IMG/VR virus record: IMGVR_UViG_2974782369_000001
Span: 96,001 to 160,000 of that record
Reading direction: 5' to 3' (one strand)
Source of the DNA: a virus
Taxonomy: Duplodnaviria; Caudoviricetes
Length of the DNA stretch: 64,000 nucleotides
Positions 8,284 to 17,346 of this stretch are shown here, in pieces; the stretch's first letter is position 1; each line of letters begins with the position of its first letter. The position numbers and the translations under genes are program-made. The notes beneath the pieces are model-generated. The model saw only the letters and a program-made list of their open reading frames with translations, made no database searches and was not told the origin of the DNA.

Positions 8284-9033
8284 CTACTCCATCTCCTCGG
8301 TTTTGACAAACTCTTTGAGGATATCAACGAATGTTTCTCCAGGATCCTGCTCTCGCGCTTCAGCAATTTCTAATAGCATTCCATGCAGTCTTTCACCCTC
8401 CTTCCCAACAAATTCAATTTGAGTATCTTCCCACTCCTGAATTACAGGATTGTATCTTCCATCATGAATAACAATGGGATCAACTTGTTTGGATTTGTTT
8501 GTTACATTTCCTCCATAAAATTTGACTGCGGCTTGAATATTCTCTTTTTGAGTTGTATATTCTAAATTATCAACGCAATTATTAGTGGCATCATGATCTA
8601 TATGATTCACCACAACATTACCAGATATCCAAGATTTATAACTATCAGGGATGCGGGGTTGTCCAATCATGTCTGCAGTAATGACTTGATTCCATTCCGA
8701 TGCTAATCTATCTGGGGCATATTCATCCATTGGTCGATGTGCTTGCATCACCAATCTATGCACATCCTCAGTCCTTTTACAAGTTGTTTTGCTTCTACTA
8801 TTATAGACCCAATCACCATCAAAAAAATCTAGGGGATAATAAATATCCACCCTAGCATAAACATTATCCCGCGATCTATTAAAGCATTTAATTTTTCTCG
8901 AATATGAAGGATCTGCGATATTGCCCCCAGCAGTTCTTCGTATATGAGAAACAACATTACCAAGATTGGATACGGAATACCAATCATGGATTTTGCCATC
9001 GATTACAAGATGTTTCCAAATTTCGGTTGTCAT
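8284..9033 (-). mobile_element. Free-standing HNH homing endonuclease (NUMOD4-like N-terminus)
   Basis: EIWK...YSVSNLGNV; VHRLVM..H; VVNHIDHDATNNCVDNLEY..QKEN. Confidence 0.85.
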
Positions 9034-9052
9034 TTGAATTCACACTCCTTCA
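9030..9052. repeat. Direct repeat, copy 2 of the gp44 3' end
   Basis: tcatttgaattcacactccttca: 19/19 core and 22/23 overall identity to 9615-9637. Confidence 0.9.
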
Positions 9053-9618
9053 GTATAGTATCTTGGTGCTGATTCATACTCTTTTCCATCTCTATGCAAA
9101 ATATTATTTTGATGGTCAACCCATTCAAGATTTTCAATGGAGTTATCAGACCTGTTTTTATTTTTATGGTTTACTTCAGTAAATGTTTCGGGGTCAGGAT
9201 TTTTTAACCATGCCTCTGCCATTAAACGATGCACTAGTTTACCATTGTAAACTGCATATCCTTCTTCATTTAAATAAAAGTTAGAAACAGTCTCCTGCGT
9301 TTTGACATTTTTAATTCTTCCATCATAGTAGTAAATATAATTACCAACTTTTCGCATGTGAGGTCTGCATGAAGAAGAGGGCACTTTAACTTTACCATTT
9401 TCCCACAACCACATCAACCATTTTTTAATTGGTTTTCTTGCTTTAGTAGGAAGATTGCCATTCTCAAAGTCTTTCCTTAACCGATGTTTAATTTTTAAGT
9501 ATGACCTTTCAGTGTAATCATATCTAGGTGGAATTCCAACCAAAAATTTTTCAAAAGAAACTACTTCCTTTCCACTAATAACTTTCTGATAGATATCAAT
9601 TTCAAACTGTTTACTCAT
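9040..9618 (-). mobile_element. Free-standing HNH homing endonuclease
   Basis: VHRLMAEAWL.NP...EVNHKNKNRSDNSIENLEWV...NNILH; AT-rich. Confidence 0.88.
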
Positions 9619-9637
9619 TTGAATTCACACTCCATCA
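9615..9637. repeat. Direct repeat, copy 1 (native gp44 C-terminus MECEFK*)
   Basis: tcatttgaattcacactccatca. Confidence 0.9.
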
Positions 9638-10556
9638 TAATTTGAGTAAGTGCTGCTAAAAGATTGATCTCCTGGTCAGCAACGAATGCAGTCTTGTATT
9701 GATATTCAGCAATAATCAAAACTGCTGCTGCAATACTAGGACCTTCCATATTTTCTGCAAGACCATCATACAACTTACGAAGAATTGCGTTGGGGTCAGC
9801 ATCAAGATTCTGCGTGACCCACTTCTTCACATCATTGAATTTCTTATTCTTCAGAGCAGCAATAAGATCCTTGGTGTTTGCATCACCTAGCGTCGCCAGA
9901 ATGCCAGTGTCGATAGCGCCCGTGGAGGAGTATCGCTGCAATTCGTTGAGGGTGCGTCGGAAGTCTGGGAAGTATTTTTGGACGACCTCAGCAACAACTC
10001 TAGGTTCGAAGGAGACCTCTTCCCGTTTGAGGATATCTCGGCAACGATTGAAGAAAGCGCCTGCCAACTCTTGCTTAGTTTGTCCACGAACATTGAAGTC
10101 AACTACCGTTGTCCTACTATGTAGGGGGTCGATAATCTTGTTTTTGAAATTACAAGTGAATATGAACCGACAGTTTTTTTGAAACTCTTCGATACTGGCA
10201 CGAAGGAGTAGTTGGACATCTGGGGTTGTGTTGTCTGCCTCATCAATGATAAGGACTTTGTGACGAGCAGAAGCAGTGAGAGACACAGTAGAAGCAAAGG
10301 ATTTTGCCTGATTGCGTACAGTGTCCAAGAAACGTCCCTCATCAGACCCGTTGATAACATAGTAGTCTGCTCCCAATTCATTGCAGAGTGCTTTTGCGAT
10401 GGTGGTCTTGCCAACACCAGCAGTGCCAGAGAGGAGCAGATTGGGGATCTCACCCTGATCTACAAAACTCTGAAAGGTGGTCTTCACAGATTCGGGGAGA
10501 ATGCAGTCCTCAATAGTTTGAGGACGATACTTCTCTACCCAAAGGAAATCATTCAT
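9615..10556 (-). CDS. g44: Clamp loader large subunit gp44
   Basis: LWVEKYRP, Walker A GTAGVGKT, IIDEAD, PDFRR. Confidence 0.97.
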   Translation of the reverse strand: MNDFLWVEKYRPQTIEDCILPESVKTTFQSFVDQGEIPNLLLSGTAGVGKTTIAKALCNELGADYYVINGSDEGRFLDTVRNQAKSFASTVSLTASARHKVLIIDEADNTTPDVQLLLRASIEEFQKNCRFIFTCNFKNKIIDPLHSRTTVVDFNVRGQTKQELAGAFFNRCRDILKREEVSFEPRVVAEVVQKYFPDFRRTLNELQRYSSTGAIDTGILATLGDANTKDLIAALKNKKFNDVKKWVTQNLDADPNAILRKLYDGLAENMEGPSIAAAVLIIAEYQYKTAFVADQEINLLAALTQIMMECEFK

Positions 10557-10888
10557 TCTAAAGGTCTTTGAAATTCACGACTAATAATATTAGATGCATG
10601 AAGCATCTGTTTCATGTATTCTACACCATCCTGAGGTGTAGTGTGGTCTCCACAAGTAAAGACATCACAAACTGCCATACCCAACTCTGGCCAAGTGTGA
10701 ATGCTGATATGACTTTCAGCGAGCATTGCCACACAAGTTACACCTTGAGGATCAAACTTGTGTGAGTTGAGTGCCAGCAGCGTAGACTGACACTTCACAC
10801 TGGCGTGATAGATTACATCCCTAATGTATTGCTCATCATCCAGAAGAGCCATACTGCACCCCTTAAGGGTGAAAAGGATGTGTCTCAT
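10553..10888 (-). CDS. speD: S-adenosylmethionine decarboxylase proenzyme
   Basis: F.PQGVT...LAESHISIHTWPE...DVFTCG. Confidence 0.93.
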   Translation of the reverse strand: MRHILFTLKGCSMALLDDEQYIRDVIYHASVKCQSTLLALNSHKFDPQGVTCVAMLAESHISIHTWPELGMAVCDVFTCGDHTTPQDGVEYMKQMLHASNIISREFQRPLE

Positions 10889-11550
10889 TAGTTGTTAGGC
10901 TCCAACGCAATGAGATACTTAACGTTGTCTGCTTCAAAGCGAGCAACATTGTGCTTGCTGATAGTGACATCATAACCCTGATTATAGAGTTTCAGATTCT
11001 CCATCTTGAAGCAATAGCAAAACTCATCATCGGTCTCACCAACTTCGATCGAATAAGAGTTGGAAGTTTCATTCTTCTTGTCGGTCAGACACAGATTCAT
11101 AGTGCCTTCATGACCATACAAGCAGAGATCGGGCACACCACAAATAGACCATGCCTTGCGGATTTGCTGCAGGACAGGTGCCTCAAGACGGAAGCGCACA
11201 TCTTCAGTAGGAAGATCAACGTCCTTCTCGGGTGGTTGCACAATGATATCTGGGTCGGAGTAGAAGAATTTAACCTTAGAGCGACCACCAGGATTACTGA
11301 TCACGAGATGTTGATCAGCATCAGTATCAATGACGGGAGTGCCATCAAACAGATTGAAAACTGCAATCAGAGAAGGGAGATCATAGATTGCCATGTCTCG
11401 GGTAAACGTTTCCTCAACCTTTGCCTTAGCAAGGATATTCTTATTCAGACTCAGGGTCTGAATCTGATTGCCAGGTTTGATAACAATCGACTTGTTGATG
11501 GTCGAAAAGTTTTGAAGTAGGTCAATAGTCTCTTTGGAGATTACGGTCAT
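10888..11550 (-). CDS. g45: Sliding clamp gp45
   Basis: LQNFSTINKSI, AIYDL, FKMENLKL, YLIALE. Confidence 0.95.
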   Translation of the reverse strand: MTVISKETIDLLQNFSTINKSIVIKPGNQIQTLSLNKNILAKAKVEETFTRDMAIYDLPSLIAVFNLFDGTPVIDTDADQHLVISNPGGRSKVKFFYSDPDIIVQPPEKDVDLPTEDVRFRLEAPVLQQIRKAWSICGVPDLCLYGHEGTMNLCLTDKKNETSNSYSIEVGETDDEFCYCFKMENLKLYNQGYDVTISKHNVARFEADNVKYLIALEPNN

Positions 11551-11831
11551 CGGTTGGGATACTCCTCACGGGTTGCATTTTTATCGTTAAAGTGTAGCAG
11601 CAAAAGTGCATAGTGCAAGATCTTAATAATGTCTCGCCGTGCGCTGCCTTTCTTATCGTAGCGAGAGGCATACTTAAGGATATTACTCCGACAGAATGCT
11701 TCACCATCGCCACAAGATTCAATCAAATCAAGGGTTTGAATACCAGCATCACCAGTAGAGTAATGCTGGTTGTAGGTCCCTTGAATATACTGCTTCAGTT
11801 CTTCAAGCAGTGCTTCTTCATTGTATTTCAT
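11547..11831 (-). CDS. DUF3310-like protein (T7 gp1.7-like, putative nucleotide kinase)
   Basis: HY...FCRSNILKYASRY.KKG..RRDI.KILHY. Confidence 0.75.
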   Translation of the reverse strand: MKYNEEALLEELKQYIQGTYNQHYSTGDAGIQTLDLIESCGDGEAFCRSNILKYASRYDKKGSARRDIIKILHYALLLLHFNDKNATREEYPNR

Positions 11832-11833
11832 AA

Positions 11834-12904
11834 TCAGAATGGGGCTTCCTCCTCATTGTACTCGGATTCCTCTCCTGCGTCAACCTTAGTATACAGATCG
11901 AGGAAAGATTGTTTGGTATCAGTGTCGAAACGATTGATACAGTTGGTGATTGCTTTGATGCGATCACCGAAGATTTGATTCGCTTGGACAATATGCACCA
12001 GGCGACGGGTGGTGATAATCTCATCCACACCACCATCGTAGAAGGTCTTGCGGATCACACCTGCCCACTTAACAAGGTTATCAGCAAACTGCTCATCACA
12101 ACCATTGTTGATGAGGATCTTGGTTTCAGTGGTTGCAGTAGGATACTCCTGCTCAAAAGTCACAGGGAAACGCTCAAGGAATGCTTCGTTGAGCACATTG
12201 GTGCCAACAAAACGACCGTCATCGCTACCCTTACCTTTGGTGTTGGCAGTGGCAAAAACAGTGAAACCAACAGCAGGTTTCACATACTTACCAATCTTCT
12301 TCAGGAAGATACCTTTACCTTCAAGCACAGACTGAAGACACAGGATCTTATTGGATGCCAGGTCAACCTCGTCTAGAAGCAGCACAGCTCCGCGTGAAAG
12401 AGCTTCCACGACGGGTCCATTATGCCAGACAGTTTCGCCGTCAACAAGACGAAACCCACCAATAAGATCATCCTCGTCAGTCTCAATGGTAATGTTTACA
12501 CGAATGAGCTCTCTATTTAGAGCAGCACATGCTTGCTCAACAGAGACAGTCTTACCATTACCAGACAGACCAGTGATGAAAGTAGGATAAAACTGACGAG
12601 AAGAGATAATCTTCTTCACATCAGAGAAATTCCCGAACGGGACATAGTTAGCATCTTTGTCAGGAATGAAGCACTGATCTTCCCGTACGGTATCATCAAG
12701 TTGCTTTTCAAGACGCTCAGCAATAGTCAGATTCCACTTGCCACGACCAGTTTTATATTCATCTAGACGCTTACATGCAGTGGGATATGAAACATCAAGA
12801 TTCTCAGCAATAGCACGGACATGCTCTGTGCAGACTTCAGCACCATAGGCATTGATCAGGTTTTCGACGATCTGGGCGGTAGTAACTTCAGACTTGCGGG
12901 GCAT
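11834..12904 (-). CDS. cobS: MoxR/CobS-like AAA+ ATPase
   Basis: GLSGNGKT, TDEDDLIGGF, LLLDE, ATANTKGKG, NEAFLERF. Confidence 0.92.
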   Translation of the reverse strand: MPRKSEVTTAQIVENLINAYGAEVCTEHVRAIAENLDVSYPTACKRLDEYKTGRGKWNLTIAERLEKQLDDTVREDQCFIPDKDANYVPFGNFSDVKKIISSRQFYPTFITGLSGNGKTVSVEQACAALNRELIRVNITIETDEDDLIGGFRLVDGETVWHNGPVVEALSRGAVLLLDEVDLASNKILCLQSVLEGKGIFLKKIGKYVKPAVGFTVFATANTKGKGSDDGRFVGTNVLNEAFLERFPVTFEQEYPTATTETKILINNGCDEQFADNLVKWAGVIRKTFYDGGVDEIITTRRLVHIVQANQIFGDRIKAITNCINRFDTDTKQSFLDLYTKVDAGEESEYNEEEAPF

Positions 12905-12927
12905 TGCTCTCCTTTGATTACCTTGTA

Positions 12928-12972
12928 ATTATAGCAGAAAACCTGCCTTGTGGGGCAGGTCGGTGGACAGTT
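12928..12972 (-). promoter_or_regulatory. Early promoter with stem-loop and AACTGTCCAC box
   Basis: AACTGTCCAC-cg-ACCTGCC(ccacaa)GGCAGGT-tttcTGc-TATAAT, then a GGAG SD. Confidence 0.7.
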
Positions 12973-12980
12973 TTTAATCG

Positions 12981-13499
12981 TCACACCCAATCTGGTTTGC
13001 GGGATCCGTCACGAAGATAATTAGATGCAACCCAAGGTTTGCTGCTAATGTAATTTTTGTAAGCAGTAAAAGTGTCAATGCTTGTGTCAAATTTAAACTC
13101 ATTGGGCATTGCTCGTGCGAAAGGAGTTAAGTCAGTAAAGTGTGCTGGATCTAGAGGAAATATCTTATTCGCATACGCTAGTGTATGTAGGCAAGAATGT
13201 ATTTTTTTATAGCGATGGGAATACTCTTCACATAATGCAAGACCATGTTTGATCAACCATCTTGCGTTTGCTATAGTTTCATTTGCCCAGATAGTGCAGG
13301 GATGATTACGAAAGGCACCCTTAGCAGTTGCATATGGTGTGCCGTCTGCTTTGGGAAGAGTGCCATAACCATGACCCCACTTCTCGGATGCTACGATAGA
13401 GAGCATTTGACAGCACTCTAAGGGCATTTTAACAACGTGCTTGTCAGGGAGACACTGTGCCGATTTGACTGGAGATGGATCAGTGACAAAAATATTCAT
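12981..13499 (-). CDS. Pyrimidine dimer DNA glycosylase/DenV-like protein
   Basis: MNIF...DKHVVKMPLECCQMLS, NHPCTIW, LCEEY..RY.K.H, PFARAMP. Confidence 0.8.
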   Translation of the reverse strand: MNIFVTDPSPVKSAQCLPDKHVVKMPLECCQMLSIVASEKWGHGYGTLPKADGTPYATAKGAFRNHPCTIWANETIANARWLIKHGLALCEEYSHRYKKIHSCLHTLAYANKIFPLDPAHFTDLTPFARAMPNEFKFDTSIDTFTAYKNYISSKPWVASNYLRDGSRKPDWV

Positions 13500-13639
13500 T
13501 TAAATTTGGTTGTTACGCTTACTACTGTAGCACCAGGATTGCGAGCAAGAGCAACTTTTCTTGCATCTTGATAGTCCGTAGCAATTACTTCTTCAGTAAA
13601 TACGGTGCCAGCCTTGAATAGTTTAACTTCACATTTCAT
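13496..13639 (-). CDS. 47-aa conserved-type cyanophage hypothetical protein
   Basis: Hand translation MKCEVKLFKAGTVFTEEVIATDYQDARKVALARNPGATVVSVTTKFK; ATGA overlaps at both ends. Confidence 0.75.
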   Translation of the reverse strand: MKCEVKLFKAGTVFTEEVIATDYQDARKVALARNPGATVVSVTTKFK

Positions 13640-15711
13640 GCAATTTGCTCAATGAATGCATTGAGGATAGTTTTGTTTGTCATTTTGGACCCCATGTGCT
13701 TTTTAAATGCACGGGTCAATTCTGCCTTAGTGGCAACTTCTTTCTTCTGCTTGACTTCTAGATCTTCAGTGCCATTTCCAATATAGTTATTGGGCATAAA
13801 GAACTGTTTGTTGAATCCAGTCTCTCCGTCAAGGGCAACGAATCGCTCCTTTGTCCATTGCTTATTGTATTTGTCCTGCATTTCAAACGGGACATACTCA
13901 TTCAACATACGATTCAAGTCAGACTTGGAGCAGAGACGAATACCGATCCAGTTGTAGTCAGTAATCTCTTTGTAGAAAGAAACAATCTCAGAAGTAGTTT
14001 GATAAGGACTACTAGAAATTTTACGGGAGTATCCAGTCTCAGGGTCACGAAGAATAAAGACTTTATTGCGATGATGGCAAAGGTAATCGCAACGAACATC
14101 ACCGTGACGATAATGATCTTCGGGATAGGTGCCAACAACCCAACTCATAGGATTTGCTTCACCATCTGTCAAAGCAACCACATTAACTTTCTGCACATTC
14201 TCAACACGCTTCATCTCTTTGACTGCCTGACGCATACACATAGTTGCTTCTGCGAGAGGAGTGCCGCCGAGAGAATACATGGGATTGGGTTTTACATTGT
14301 ATGCATTCTGACCCCATGCCTGCGCCCAGATATAACGCATCTGCTTATCAAGGGTTTTAGCATTCATCTGAGATGAGAAGAATTCTAGTAGACGAAAATC
14401 ATCAGAGATGTGCAGAGTTTTGTCTTCTCCGCCACGGACAACATCACTTCCATAACCACTCTGGAAAGCATAGACACGAAATGCGATGCCAACCTTACGG
14501 CAAAACCAGATCAGATTATAGGTTTGCTTGAGGGTATCCATAAGCACATTCGCCATAGATCCAGACCAGTCAAGAAGCATCACCAATCCATGATTCTTAC
14601 CATCAGGGACAACTGCAACCTTCTTGAAGACATCTTCATTGTAACGATAGGTGTGCAGTTTGTTAGTATCAAGCACACCAGTCTTGGACATAGAAGTGCG
14701 AGCATACTGATCAGCAGACTTCTTCATCTCAAACTGTTTGACCAGATAGTTTACAGATTTCTGGGCAGACTTCTTATATTCTTCACACTTATCAAAAGTA
14801 AACTGAAGACCATTGCTATCATACTCGGTGAAGTGCTCCTCCAGAGAATAATAAATTGTCTTCCAAGTAACCAGATACTCATCTAGTTTAATCTTAGGAA
14901 GATCAAGATACACCCACTCCTTTGCATTATCATCAACCAAAGTCTCAAGTGCTTCGCGCAATGCTTCTTCGGTTACAGATTGCGTTTCGTCAAAGGTTTC
15001 TCCACCAAGACCATAGGAAGGAGTGTTGAGATCGGCAGGGTCATCTCCGATCGGATCTTCGTCTGTATCACCCATATCTTGAGTGGCATCACTCCCCTCT
15101 GGGGTGACTTCTTCACTCTGCTGCTCACCAGGACCATCCTGAGTTTGTGGTGCAGGGAGATCCATCTCTTTCTCTTTCTGCTTCTCTTCAGCAAATCCGT
15201 AGATCTCTTTGGCGAGAGCAATCACCTCTTCAAAGGTATTGGTGTTTGCTGCACGAGTGACAAAATCCTTTTCATCATCGGCAAAGTTTACACCAGGATT
15301 GCCCTTGAAGTAAAGATTGATACGATCGATAAGAGGCAGAGTATCAACATTACACTCTTTAACACCGAAGAAATCTTTCTCCCACAACTCACGATAACCT
15401 TGAAAGAAGGACTTACGGAGACCAGGATAGGTGCGCTTCATCATCTTCTCGATACGAGCATCCTCCAAGACATTCACAAAGTCCTTCGGAGCACCCTCAT
15501 AATCAACGTTGGGGGTATAGAGAGCATGACCCACCTCATGACCCACCAGAAGGTCATACACGGTCGCTGAGGCAGTCTTCCAGATAGGAAGGATCAGCAC
15601 ACGGTTATTGACATCAAAACAAGCGGTGGTGATCTTACGGTGCTCTACCTTGAGATTCTCAGTAGCGAGCAGTTTGGCAAGAGTGCCTTTCACTTCGGTG
15701 TTGACGATCAT
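13636..15711 (-). CDS. CobT-like protein: N-terminal HExxH metallopeptidase-like domain, acidic linker, C-terminal vWA domain
   Basis: GHEVGHALYT, NVLEDARIE, MIDAS DWSGSM, GGTPL, LTDGE; start re-assigned to ATG 15711 (AGAGGA SD). Confidence 0.88.
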   Translation of the reverse strand: MIVNTEVKGTLAKLLATENLKVEHRKITTACFDVNNRVLILPIWKTASATVYDLLVGHEVGHALYTPNVDYEGAPKDFVNVLEDARIEKMMKRTYPGLRKSFFQGYRELWEKDFFGVKECNVDTLPLIDRINLYFKGNPGVNFADDEKDFVTRAANTNTFEEVIALAKEIYGFAEEKQKEKEMDLPAPQTQDGPGEQQSEEVTPEGSDATQDMGDTDEDPIGDDPADLNTPSYGLGGETFDETQSVTEEALREALETLVDDNAKEWVYLDLPKIKLDEYLVTWKTIYYSLEEHFTEYDSNGLQFTFDKCEEYKKSAQKSVNYLVKQFEMKKSADQYARTSMSKTGVLDTNKLHTYRYNEDVFKKVAVVPDGKNHGLVMLLDWSGSMANVLMDTLKQTYNLIWFCRKVGIAFRVYAFQSGYGSDVVRGGEDKTLHISDDFRLLEFFSSQMNAKTLDKQMRYIWAQAWGQNAYNVKPNPMYSLGGTPLAEATMCMRQAVKEMKRVENVQKVNVVALTDGEANPMSWVVGTYPEDHYRHGDVRCDYLCHHRNKVFILRDPETGYSRKISSSPYQTTSEIVSFYKEITDYNWIGIRLCSKSDLNRMLNEYVPFEMQDKYNKQWTKERFVALDGETGFNKQFFMPNNYIGNGTEDLEVKQKKEVATKAELTRAFKKHMGSKMTNKTILNAFIEQIA

Positions 15712-15732
15712 GTCCTCTTTGCGTATGGACCT

Positions 15733-15776
15733 ATTATAGGTCATCTTCCCCTCCCAGGTCAATGAGGTAGACAGTT
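15733..15776 (-). promoter_or_regulatory. Early sigma70 promoter with AACTGTCTAC box
   Basis: AACTGTCTAC-ctca-TTGACC-N18-TATAAT. Confidence 0.7.
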
Positions 15777-17346
15777 ATTCTTCTGGCACATTAGCATAGA
15801 TACCATCTTTCAAAAATTGATAATGACTCGGACACTCTCTAGCAAACTCATGTAGTTTTGCTTTCATTTGATTCCATTGATAATCAATTTTACCAACTAT
15901 AGATTCTGCGTTGATGTTATTATAAAACTCAATTTCTTTAAGCATCGATGGAGTGATTCGATCGTATCCCAATCCAATGGCAACAAAATTCATACCATCA
16001 TAATACTCTTCTGGATTATCTTTCAATACAGACAATCCCATAAAACGAGCACCATCACATGCCATACCCCTATGATTTAGAGGAATCTTTGCAGTATCTT
16101 TCCAGTATGGAGTGTCTCTTCTCTGACTAAAGACATAGTGTGCTGAAACAAAATCTGCAAATTCACTAAAATATTTAAACACTGCAGTATTATAAATGTC
16201 CCGATCATATTGAGTGATATACTCTCTTCCCAAGATTCTCACAAGTTTCAATGCAAACTCATGAATCGTTAGCAGTCCATTACCTTCCAAAGGTTCCATG
16301 AATCCTGCAGACAACCCAATAGCAATACAGTTTTTAACCCAGGTCCGTTTATGGATACCGACTCGGAATGACAAATCTCTAAATTCAAGATCATCAATTT
16401 CCTTACCTAGAGAAACTAGATGGTCTTTAAATTCTTGTAATGCATCTTCTTTACTAACATAATTATCGGAATAAACATATCCCATACCAATTCTAGTCCA
16501 GGTAGGAGTATTCCAAACCCACCCATTAGAGAGTGCTACACAATCAGTATATGGTTTCATCTCAGTTTCTTTATCTGAGTATGGGACTCTTGCTGCCCAA
16601 GCACGATTATTTGGAAGTTGATCATTAAATGAAACAAACTCTTCACCGAGAGCATCGCCAATCAATAGACTCTTGAATCCTGTACAATCAATATACACAT
16701 CAGACGTAATGAATCTACCAGCATCATCAAGATAAATTCTCTCAATACCCTCTTCACCAACATCAACTGAAGTGACCGTTGCTGGAATATGATTTACGCC
16801 CCGAGGAATACAGTATTCATCACGCAACCAGTTTGCAAACTTAACAGCATCAACGTGGAAAGCACTATCCTGCTTTACATCAAAGTTTCCAAATTTTCCC
16901 TCTTCATTATAATCCAATTTTCCAGCATCAATGAGTGCCATCTGTGGATAATATGATTTGGCAAAATCTTGGACTGGAGTATTGGGATACAATGCTTTTT
17001 TCATTCTCCAATCATTCAATCCACTATATGAATCGGGGAAAAAGTGGGGTGATCCGAAAGGATAATGAAATCCAGTCTTGTCATTTTCATTACTAAATCC
17101 AGTGAATTTTACACTCAACTTATAAGTTGCATCACACGCTGCCATAAAATCACTATCCTGAATACCAACAACATGCATCCAAGATCTAAGAAGTTGGAGT
17201 GTGCTTTCACCAACACCAATTCTAGGCACATCAGGACTTTCAACAACAGTTATTTGTTTGTATGGGTGAGTTGCAACGATCGTTGCTGCAGTCATCCACC
17301 CAGCTGTGCCACCACCAACAATTACAATTTTTTCAGTCTTCATCAT
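15775..17346 (-). CDS. Flavin-dependent tryptophan halogenase family protein (PrnA-like)
   Basis: VGGGTAGW, IGVGEST, ATYKL, IDCTGF, GWVWNTP, AGFMEPLE. Confidence 0.9.
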   Translation of the reverse strand: MMKTEKIVIVGGGTAGWMTAATIVATHPYKQITVVESPDVPRIGVGESTLQLLRSWMHVVGIQDSDFMAACDATYKLSVKFTGFSNENDKTGFHYPFGSPHFFPDSYSGLNDWRMKKALYPNTPVQDFAKSYYPQMALIDAGKLDYNEEGKFGNFDVKQDSAFHVDAVKFANWLRDEYCIPRGVNHIPATVTSVDVGEEGIERIYLDDAGRFITSDVYIDCTGFKSLLIGDALGEEFVSFNDQLPNNRAWAARVPYSDKETEMKPYTDCVALSNGWVWNTPTWTRIGMGYVYSDNYVSKEDALQEFKDHLVSLGKEIDDLEFRDLSFRVGIHKRTWVKNCIAIGLSAGFMEPLEGNGLLTIHEFALKLVRILGREYITQYDRDIYNTAVFKYFSEFADFVSAHYVFSQRRDTPYWKDTAKIPLNHRGMACDGARFMGLSVLKDNPEEYYDGMNFVAIGLGYDRITPSMLKEIEFYNNINAESIVGKIDYQWNQMKAKLHEFARECPSHYQFLKDGIYANVPEE

